DNA from: Podarcis erhardii
Taxonomy: Eukaryota
Strand: one strand, 5' to 3'
Assembly: GCA_964252035.1 (NCBI GenBank)
Contig: OZ176213.1
DNA length: 64,000 nt
Position numbers and translations under genes: made by a program. Positions 11,101 through 22,400 of the stretch are shown one piece after another (position 1 is the stretch's first letter; every line of letters starts with the position of its first letter). A model generated the notes under the pieces. That model saw nothing but the letters and a program-made list of their open reading frames with translations. It searched no databases and was not told where the DNA came from.

Positions 11101-14100
11101 GCCTCCAAACTCTTAAGAAACATGGTGAGTAATGCATGTCCAGAGTGGGGCTTGATCTACAGTGCTTACTTCAGTGTACTTGCATGTACACCCAGCAAGG
11201 GATTGGCTTTGCTTCTTCAGGTGTTAAAGAATGGCCATTGGAGGTCCTTGGCGAGTTAACAATGGGAGTTGAACTCATTAAGGATTTTATTTTTCCTGCT
11301 TAATTGGGGGGAGAGGGAGAGAAGTATCTAACATAGGAGAAAAATAAGTGTGGGCATGATCACACACACAAACGCACACTGATGTTTATACAGTCATACC
11401 TTGAGTTGAATCTGCTTCGGGTTGAGCGCGTTCGAGTTGCGCTCCACGGCAACCTGGAAGTAACGGAGCACGTTACTTCCGGGTTTTGCCGCTTGCGCAT
11501 GCGCAGACGCTCAAAATGACGTCATGCGTGGAAGCAATGAAATGTGACCTGTGCACACGCAGACACGCCGCCGTGTCTTGCATTCCATTTGGGATGCGAA
11601 CGGAGCTCCGGAACGGATCCCGTTCACATCCCAAGGTACCACTGTATATGTGTACATGTATGCATTTGATTCTTAATTGGGTGGGTAACATAGGTCTGTT
11701 GTCACTTTCTGCAGTCATCTTTTCAAAAAGGGTAGTATGTGTTCCTTTTATGTACATATATTTGGATAAGCACTTTAGATCTTGTTTTATTGTCATTTTT
11801 ATATTTAGTTTTAATATTTTTTTGTACCTCTATTTTTATTATGTAAGTCACTGTGAGACACTTTGCTCTAAAAAGCAACCAACGGTAATAGTAATAATTT
11901 GTCTGAGGAAGGGAGGCAGGAGTTTTGAAGGTTTGAGCATTTTAAGCTCATTTTGCAATCTGTTGAAATTTCTTCAGTCCTTTGCAAGCTGCAGCCGAGC
12001 CCTGAAATCCTTTGTAGATACGCACAAAAGAAAGCCTATGAGAGAAAATAAGCCATTAATACTTTCTTGTGTAAACTCTTCTACCCTCCCTTGCCAGGGC
12101 TTCATTGTGATGGAGCAGCTGCGCAAAATATGTTTCTACGTAACTGATCACCGTGTTCGTGACTTTTTGGTGAGTGCGGGGAAAACCTTTGCATGGGTTG
12201 TGGTCCTTTAATTTCATATGTCTCACCTGCATGTGCAGGGTACATTCCTGGGTGACTTCTGCTGCTACTGCCTGCCCCCACCTCACAAATTGTGTTAGTT
12301 TTCACCCAAGTCCCAGTGATGACTTCACTTTCATGTTGTCTCTTTGGCATTAGTAGCTGATGTGGAAATCCTGTTGCGGTGCCATCGGTGCCATCAGGGA
12401 TCCACACCATATTGTTTTGTTCTAGACCACTTCCAGTTCCTGCTCATATTTTTGATTTGACAGCAAACCCTATAAGGAGTTGCTTTTCCAGTGTCTTTTA
12501 TGTTAGGGTGCAAACTGCATTGCTAGTTAATGTTTTGGTCTGACTCTCAAGGTGAACATACTGAAAGAGGAAAACTACTTTTCTGAAGCTGAGAAGGAAA
12601 TGATAGACTTTGTGCATAAGGTGGAAAATGTCTATGCAAGAACTTTCCAAGAGAAGGAAAAGACTACAGCCCAGCCCAGGTAATAGATCTTCAGCCTCAA
12701 TTTTTTAAAATGTCATCTTTACCAACAGTGATGTGATGAGAATTGTGTGAGGTTTTGAATCTCTACCCATGCAGCAAAAAACATGAGTCCTTGCTTTCTC
12801 CAGCTGCAAGCTTTCTTTCCATGGAAGGTGTGAGATGATTTTCCTTCTTACTCAACTGGTTGTTAGCAGTTCCAGCTTAACTGTGCTGTAGGCTGCAAAC
12901 TTTCACTGTTCATTGGAAATGGTTGTATTGGGAACAAGGTGGCTAGCTTGAAAATCTGAACTCATCAGGAAGAGTAGATATATGACATGAACCTCATAGA
13001 GATGTTTTGTTCTCATTTTCAGTTCCTGGAGAAAAGAACAAGATTTGTCTATCCACATTCCTGTTTTGGATTCATTCCTGCAATGCAATGAAGATGGAGT
13101 TAATATTTCAGAGTACAGCATTATGTTAAACTGGGCTCAGTGGTGGGATCAGGTTACCCGAGAGACAATTCTTCTTCCTATGCAATCTCCCGAAGGCAAG
13201 TACTCTGCCATAAATATGTTGTGGTCAGGGAGCTTTGTGTCTTAAGGCTGTTCTTTTGGGACTAACAATAGGCCATAATGTTTTAAGGCAAGTGTGGGGA
13301 TATCTGACCCCCAAGTCAGATGGAACCATCAGAGGCTTCCCGTCTGGCCCCTGAAGCATCACTTGCTCCCCACCCTCAATTTCTGTAGTGGCTGCAGAGG
13401 GAAAGGAAGAAAACAGGAAATGGCAGGAACTGGGGACTTGTTTTGGATTGGGACTCCACCCAGCACGTGAGGAGCTTTTAACCCCCTGTTATCTTCTGCA
13501 GTCCACGTCTGGGATGAGCCCTCCCCCTCGCCTACATTTTGCATTGATAATAAGAGATCTGTTGAAAGGAATGAATTGGGAGTATCCTGGATCTGGGCCA
13601 GAGTGGGGAGCAAAGGGTCATGTATTCAGTAATCAGGGCATAGCTGCCAAGAAGACCTTTTAACTTGTCCTAACTAACTGTGCCTTGGCCACAGACAGGA
13701 GGCTCTCTGATAGAATGAGGGCAGACTGATGTTGGTGAAGCAGCCCCTTGGGTACCCTGCACCCAGATTGTTAAGGGTTTTAAGGATAAGATCCAATTCT
13801 TTGCATTACACCAGGAAACAGATTGGCAGGCATACACATAGTTTATTGTACTGACTACCTTTTTTTAAAAAAACCACACACAGAACGCAAATCATGTGAT
13901 CCAGAGGTTCTTTGGATGCACCTGTCATCTTGGCATGACTACTCCAGTATGAGCTCATGGATTGCAGCATCTCAGCAACAGGAGAGTAACACAAACTGGC
14001 CACGGCTGACAACAGAGACCATTGAGCGCAGAACATTGTGTAGCCATTACATGCAAAATGAAATATTGGACAATTTAGCCAGGTATGTGCCTTGTCTAAG

Positions 14101-16379
14101 TCTTGGTTGGGGGAACCTCTGGCCACAGGTCTCATTCAGCCCACAGGCCATTTCCAGCAAACTGTGCCCATTTGCCAATTGTATGACATCATTTGACATC
14201 AGTCATTTCGATCCGCCCTGCAACTTTCTGTAGTTTCCTGGGTTAGACTTATAATTGCCCATAATTTTACATAATCTGTGTTGTGAAATTGGCCTTGCCC
14301 ACTTTGATCTCTTACCCACCCACCATTGGAATGTGGTCCCTGAAGACTAGCCAGGTTTTAAATCTGGCGTTTAGGCTGAAAGGGGTTCCCCTGTCTAGCT
14401 CTAAATTGATGATCAACTTCTGTCAAGCAGTATCGTTTGTTGGTGGAAGTATTGTTTATTGGTGGAAGTTTCCTTAACAATGTGAAGAGATCACTGGCTG
14501 CTTTGCATTAAAAAGATCGCTTTGTTTTTCTTGGTAGCAATGGAATATTTGTGCCAGTGGAACTAGAAGACTTTGAATGCCTTCTCCAGAGATTGACTCT
14601 TGTTGGAGGAGTGATGCAGAATCCTCATCCTGTTCCAGAATATATGTCCACCAGTGGCTTAGATTTCCATGCTTGCTTTATCCTGTACTGTTTAGAACAT
14701 GGGCTGGACCATCTTCTCTACACCTATCTCGACTACTATAGGTAGGAATACATGACCTGAAGTGGTTTCGTATACACACATTTGTATATGTGTCTACCTG
14801 CTTTGTCTACTTGTGATGGGAGTTGTAGTCATAGCTGTCAAGCGTCCCTTATTTGGCGGGACAGTCCCTTATCCCAGCGCCATGTCCCGCTGCTGTCCCT
14901 TATTGATGAGGCTTCATTTGGCTGCTGGCTGGGCTTTCTGTCTTTAGCTCGGAGGGTCTCAGAAGTTGAACATACCTGTGCCCGGAAAATCCCTTATTTT
15001 GGCTGCTGATCCCTTATTTTCGAGGCTGCTGGTCCCTTATTTTCAAATCTGTAAGTTGACAGCTATGGTTGTAGTTCAGGTTGGTGAAGCTTTGTGTAGA
15101 CTATACATCCTCTTTCCATCACCACCTCCAAAATGTTTTCAGAACAAAGGCAGCAGAACTTCTCCCCATGCCCCCAGACTGTTGCCTTCCTCCAGTGGAG
15201 CTTTGTTCAGGGCTCTGCAGCTGGAGCATCATCTAATTTTGTAACCTAAAGGAGCAGAGATGAGAGAGTGCTTGCCCAATGGGGTCTGTGTGGCCAGTAC
15301 ACCCCTAGCTAACTAAGCAGTCTCTTTTACTCCTGCCAGAGCAGTTGGTCTTCTCAAAATCCATGTGGCTGCTTACCCAGCCTTCTACTGGCCCATATTT
15401 TAAAAGGGGGAAATAACTTGTTTTGCTTTTTTATTCTATGAAATTGATATTTTGTCCTTGATTTTGCAGTTTATTTCCTTCAAATTGCCCTCTTTTGGAT
15501 GACAAAGCACTTCACGAAGCTCATCCGTGGTTTGAGTTTTTAGTGCGGTGTCGAGCCATCGCCAGCAATTCTGGAGGTAGGAACCTTCATCTGTGATTCT
15601 CTTCTGAGCCAATGTTCTTTGTGCAATTCTGATCAAAAATAAGCATTTGTGAGCCATTGACCATCCCAAGTGATGATGGATTCTCCCTTAATGGTCAGCT
15701 TGGAACTCACCTGGGCATGACCTTTTCTGTGGATGCTTAGGTGGTCGCTGTGGGGACAAGCACCTTTTATACCAACGTTGTCTGGTCTGTGGGCTTTTTG
15801 GCATCCTATTTTGAAAAATGGGGACCCAGCCATTGTCAATAACAGTCTGCTAACCTCAAAGTTTAGGTTTCTGCAATGTGCTTTATGTGCTTTAGGTTTC
15901 TGCAATGTGCCTCAAAGTTTAGGTTTCTGCAATGTGCTTTATGTGGGGCTGCCTTTAAAAAATGTTTGGATGCAACAGCTGGTTCAGAATGTACTGGGCT
16001 TTTGACATAGGAATGAAATATTTTTTGTTCTTAACTGACCCCTGGTTGATTTCTGGACTCAACTCAAAGGGGTGGTAAGTTCTGCTCCAGGTTCCCCTAC
16101 CTACAGCATTGTGGTTGGGGAACTAGTTATAGCAGTGCCCCATCTATGGAACCTTCCCCACAGGGAGCTTTCAGAGAGAGGGTTGTATATGCCAAGGGCT
16201 GGATTTTTATTTTTATTTAAATTGGAGATAACATTTTGGCTGACTTTAGAAAAGTTAACTGTTGATCAATTATTATTGTTGCCATGTGCTTGGCCTTTTA
16301 AAGTTTTGCTGTGTTTTAACTGGTTTTAATATTGCATTTTTAAATTGTTGTAACGGGGAAGGGCAGGTAAGAAATCAAA

Positions 16380-16444
<65 letters not shown>

Positions 16445-19400
16445 TGTGAATTTCTTCTCTTTGCCATCTGCCTTTGGAGCCTATTCTTGGGCAGAAAGAC
16501 AGGGTATAATAATGGAAAACAAGGCAACAGTTTTTTCTTTCTTTCCTCCCTCCAGATGCAAATAAGATTTTCCAAGCTAGCCTGGCAAATGCCCAGATCT
16601 TGATTCCCAGCAACCAGGCCAGTGTGAGCACAATGCTGTTGGAAGGCCGAACGCTCCTTGCTCTTGCCACCACAATGTACACCCCTGGAGGTATTGATCA
16701 GGTATGCTATAGAATATTGGGAGGCTGTTGATGACCTTTTCCTTTCAAAGTGACAGAAAATGTCAAGAAGATCTTAAATGCCAGCAGCCTCAGAAAATTT
16801 GGGTCGTGTTCTTTCTCTGAAGGTGCAGATAAAGCCTTGTGCCAGGTGCTGTGGCTTGTGCCAATGAACTGTTCGGTTCCCATTTCCTTGCAAGTGTATT
16901 CAGGTTCTTCTTCTTCTTCATTGTAGGTCCTTCAGAATGGAGATGGAGGAGAGAAAGTAGATGCCCAGCTCTTCAGGATGGCCCTTGCTCCTTATCCCAA
17001 GCTGAGAGCAGCCCTCTTCCCCCAGTATAACAGTCATGGGACCTTGCCTTCCGACATTTCTCTCTACCACCTTGTCCAGGTATAAATATATACCTATCTG
17101 CCCCCAATACAAATAGAATCATAGAATTGTAGGGTTGGAAGGCACCCCAAGGGTTATCCAGTCCAACCCCCTGCAATGCAGGAAACTCATCCAACCTCTG
17201 CTGAAAACCCTCCAAGGAAGGAGGTTTATCACTTTTCAGCCTTCTCTTCCAGGCTAAACGTACACAACTGCTTCAACTGTTCCTCATAAGACTTGGTTTG
17301 TAGACCCTTTATCATGTTAGTGGCCCTCCTCTGCCCATGTTCCAGCTTGTCCATATCCTTCTTAAACTGTGGTGCCCAGGTGGGGTTTGAGCAAGGCAGA
17401 ATAGAGTGGAACTATTACTTCCCTTGATATGGGCGCTGTAATGCTATAGTCCAGTTATAGCAGCTGCCACTTTACCCAAACTTACACCAGTGAGACTTGA
17501 AAAAGGGCTGTAATGGGAAAGTGGGGCACAGGTTTGAGTTCCTCTCCTGCAAAATGCTGAAGGTGACCTCTGCAAGGCATTGCCTCTTCATTCTGGGTAT
17601 TCTGCAAGCAGTGTTAATTTGGGATTGGATAGGGAGAGGCTGCAACCTCCAGCTTCAGAGAGCAGCTCCCTAACCACACAGTCACAGGAGCAGGTAGGAA
17701 AAAAGCCACATGACAGCCTGTGTGGATGTCCTGGGGGCTTAGCCTATGGCACACCTCCTTCCAACGTACAGGGGCCCAGAGCTCCCAGCAGTGTACACTA
17801 GAACACATAATTATATTTGCATGTCGGCTTTCCATAGTTAAAGCCATGCTCAAGGCTGCTTGTAACATTAAAAATGACACATATTTGCAAATGTAAGTAG
17901 TCATAAACTGTAAATAAAACAGCAAGTAGTGCACAACCAAATTAAACAATTTCCACATAAATCATAATAAGATCTAAAATAAAGGCACAAAACAATTAAT
18001 AGAAACAAGAACAACTACCCTGCCCCCAACTACACCCCAACTTAAGAATCTGTTCAGCAGCCTCAGCTTTTGTAGCTGGAGTCAGTCCTCCCAAGTCAAG
18101 TGGAAAAAGCCTTGCAAGGCAGGGAGCAGTACTGCCGGGACATGGCTCCCATACCACCACCCTTTGGCGCCACTTCTCCCCATCTTAGCCACAGCTACAT
18201 AGCAATAGCCCTGACTTGCACAAGTGGAAGGGCACCTGCCTCTCCCACCATCACTTACCACAAGAGCATTTCATGGAGCTGCTGCGTCTTGTTGGATGCT
18301 TAAGCAGGGGTCAGCAAACTTTTTCAGCAGAGGGCCGGTCCACTGTCCGTCATACCTTGTGGGGGGCTGGACTATATTTTCGAAATAAAAATAAAAATGA
18401 ACGAATTTGTGTGCCCCACAGATAACCCAGAGATGCATTTTAAATAAAAGCACACATTCTACTCATATAAAAAGACACTGATTCCCGGACTGTCTGCGGG
18501 CTGGATTTAGAAGGTGATTGGGCCAGATCCGGCCCCTGGGCCCTAGTTTGCCTACCCATGTTTAAGAGTGAAATGCCCTTTTGCCTCGCCCTCTGTGGAT
18601 AATTTTCTCCTCAGCTTGGTTTCACTTGACACAGATATTTTAAAATATTAAGTGGCTTAAATATGCTTTTGAATAAATAAAATCCTCTGGAGCTGCACTC
18701 TGCTCTGTGGAGTGTATGTATATAAGACTGGGTTTGAATTTGATGTGACTGTTTCATTCCAGAATATCTGGGTCAATGTGTGACAGCAGCTGTACTACAT
18801 GTGTAAGATGCTGCACAAGATGTGTGCTCAGTTGAGCAGCTTGGGTTAACATGTTTGCTGCATTTTAAGCAGGCCTTGAAATTAATGTTGTGTTCTAATT
18901 TTTCAGGCGTTAGTTCCATTTGATCCTACAAAATTGTTTGGCTGGCAGTCAGCAAATACGCTTGTCATACCTGGTAGGTAACTTTTGCCGTATCTTGTTA
19001 CTATTTAAAGTGAATATAAAGTATACGTGTGTGGAATCTCCCAGTATTTCATTCTGTTAAATAGACATTTCTCTGGGAGCTGACAAGATGCTGAGAGGTT
19101 TGCCTTCCAGCAGAATCTTCTTTGCTCTCCCTGTTGCATCTGATCTTTCAAAAGGTGAAATAGAGCCCTAGAATTAGGCAAGCTTGTATTCTTGCCTCCT
19201 AGCTGTTTATCTTGAATCTAAATGATGTCCCAGACTGCCACTCTCCTAAAGTTGGCAACAAGAAAATTTCTGTATTGTCTTTTTGCCAGTTATTAAGACT
19301 TGATCTTAAGTGGTTTTTGGCCATGTTGTCTTGCTCCTGTAATTTAAATTGTTTACAGATTACTATTTTTTTTAAAAAAAAAGTTTATTCAGTGTGGCTA

Positions 19401-22400
19401 TTGGACAGACAAATTCTTGAAAAATAGTTCTCCTTCCCTTGGAGCTCCCTTTCATCAATCCACTTCTTGGCTCTCACACACAAACTTTACGCTGTCCAGA
19501 AAGCCACTGCAAGTCAGACAATGGTCCTGTGGTTCTTCTGTATCAGAGGAGGCCAGCCTGTTCCAGCAGCAGTGAAATGTTTACCATTCCAAAGTCTCAG
19601 TCCAAATTCTTTACGGGTTTGCACTCTGGATCAGATGCAGCCACTGCTTTGGAAACTGGCCCCACAGATTTTAGGGCATGGTTGGCTGCTTAAAAACTTT
19701 AGCTCTGTATCCACATTTACTAAAGTGTCTCTGGCTCCAAGTGACAGCTGTAATAGTACATGGCTGAAAATGGGACTCTCTTAGAATACCTGCAGCAGCA
19801 CTGGACTGTGCCCCTCTTTTCTTGAAGCCAAGTTCAGTTGCACAACAAATTAATCAAACCAAATCCTGGAATAGAATGTTTTCAAGAGCTCTTGGTTCAT
19901 ACAAATAAATTTTTCTCTGCACTTTTTAAAATTCTCGATGGAAAATGTATCCAATTTATCAATTATTTGTGTTTACAAGATGCGACTTGTGTTTCACTTC
20001 TCTCACCCTGGATGTTCTGCATTCCCAAGTTTTATTTAGAAGGTTTGTTGACAGTTTGGTGGTCTTGAGAGAGTGAAGGTCTAATGGAAGCGAAAATGTT
20101 GGGTCAAGTCCTCCCTTCTTGCCATTTTTATTCTGGAATTTGAAACCAACTAGTTGTCCTCCTTCTGGCCACTACTGGTTAGGTCAGTAAGTTTTTATAC
20201 AAGTGGTTCGATGAGCAGATAAAACTCCTGGGGTTTCACTGGCAGAGAAAATCAGAAAGCAGCTGGTTAAAAGACAGCATAATTCTCCTTGTGGGTTTTG
20301 TTTTGTTTAATGGGTTGTGTGCTCTTCTATATAGTAATTGTGTTCATATCTGTGATGTATCTAGTTTTGGATTATAGAGTGCAATAATAAATCAAGATAC
20401 TTTAGGCCATTGGGACTTGCTTTTAGAAACCAGTGCAGTTCCCCTCAGAAGTTGTTGGCAGTGGTGTGGCTTTTTCAGCTGTAGCTGTTAGAAGGGCATG
20501 TGGAGGCTGTGTGGGAAAATAGCCCCCACCCCAGTCTGCTTCCATTGGCAGCTGGACAGCTGTAACTCTGTTGCTCTTCCAGTGTTGGGACCCTGTGGAG
20601 GCTCTGGGGTAGTCTTTGCCAGCTTGGCCTAATTTGGCTGGTGTTGATGGGAGTTGTAGTCAAAAACATCTGGAGAGTGCTAGTTTGGCAAGGCTTCCTC
20701 TTTCAGTGGTCGAAAGTGTCCATCCCCAAGGCTATAATGGCTGTCGCTGGTGTTTCAACTGTAATCCCATGTGGTGCTCTGGCACTCAGGTCCTGTGTTG
20801 GGGCTTCTGTTTGGCCATTGTGAGAACAGGATGCTGGTTTAGACAGACCTTTGAGCCTGATCCAACAGGCTCTTAAGTTTTTATGGAGATTGCTGAGATT
20901 GTCAGTTACTTCCTGGTGTAGACACTGAGCAGCAAAGCTTCCTACCAGAAACTTTTCCTGCGCCAGCCCCATTGAAACCCACAACACTTATGCATGAAAG
21001 GACAGAGCTGCCTTTTTGTAGCTCTTTCAGTGGACTGACCCAAGAGAAGTGCCTGTGGCCAGGTGCGAGGCCAAGTTTCAAGGAGTCAACCAGAAGAATT
21101 GTGTCTGGCACGTGGGCCTGTGGAGCCTGCTATTTTTCTGTCTACTCACCACGTTGTTCTCCCTTCTCTTTAGATACCTGTAGTGACCTTCCTCACTTCT
21201 CAAGTGCCCCTTTTGTCAACAAATATGCTGTAATCGAACGTCTGGATTTCTCCTACTTCTTGCGTCATGAACGCCCCTCATTTGCTTTTGGGACTTTTTT
21301 AGTCCAACAGCTGGCGAAGAGCAAAACTCCAAAGCAGCTGTGAGTATTTGAAAACAGCAGAGATGTGGAAAGGAGCCTCTCATGTTCTCGACAGAACATT
21401 TTCTATGGAGAAATCTTTGTATTGCAATCAGGTATTGTGTTGCTTTAGATAGATGTAAGCTGCTTTGTAAGAAGGGGTATTTATTTATATAAAGTACTTT
21501 TCAGATTTGGGACCCCAGGTTTTTCCTGACCTGCTTACAGTCCCCTTGGCTTTGATTTTGACTGTGTGCAGAGTTGGGTCCTTTCCTTGCAACCTCTCTG
21601 CTGTTCCAGATGCATGATGCTAACGGCTGCTGCCTTTTCTTCCCTAGGATCCAGCAAGCAGGCAATGATGCCTACTCCTTGGCCCTCTCCTTCTTTTATG
21701 TGCCGTCTGTGGCTTCTGCCTGCACCTGCTTTTTGGAACTGCTGGGCCTTGATAGCCTCAAACTCCGGGTGGATGTTAAAGCTGCCAATGTGATCTTGAG
21801 CTTCATGTCTCGAAGAGAGGAGCCTCAGCATAACTCAATCAGGCAGTCCTTGGGTAGCGTTTCTTCCACATGTTTTCTATATTGGAGAAAATATTTGATG
21901 GGTGCACAAGAGCAGAAAGCCCCCTGCCCTTTTGTTCCTGAATGGAAAGTCCACAGTTAGAACTGTTATATTTATTTAATCAGTTTGTAGACTGTTTGAT
22001 GTTTTAAAAATTCCAAGTGATTTACAAAGTAGACACCATAAAATAACAAGGTTAGAATACCAGCAAAACAAAAATACAAAATGTTGATAAAAGCGCCAAA
22101 ATGCTAAACCCAAGGTAGATAACCTATTGGGGGGGGGAATATAACTTTGAAGTATTCTGCAGCCACGGACTTCCGGGTTAGCGCGAACGGCTAATGGCGG
22201 ATTCCCTCCGAGCTCCGGAGGGAATCGGCTCTGCTGAGGACGGGTCTTGCCGTGCCGGCGACACGGGGACCCTCAGAAACCGCAGGCGCGGAAGCCTGCG
22301 GACTTGGTGACTCGGTGGGCACCTTAAGCGCCCTCCCCGACCCACGAAGAGCCTTTTTAAAGGCTGCGGAGAGGGTACGGAGAGTGGCGTGGTGCTGAGA

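Noticed and set aside
16262-16682. ORFs with poly-V/I, poly-L or poly-T/I runs
   Set aside because: Translations of the (TAG)n(TAA)n microsatellite.
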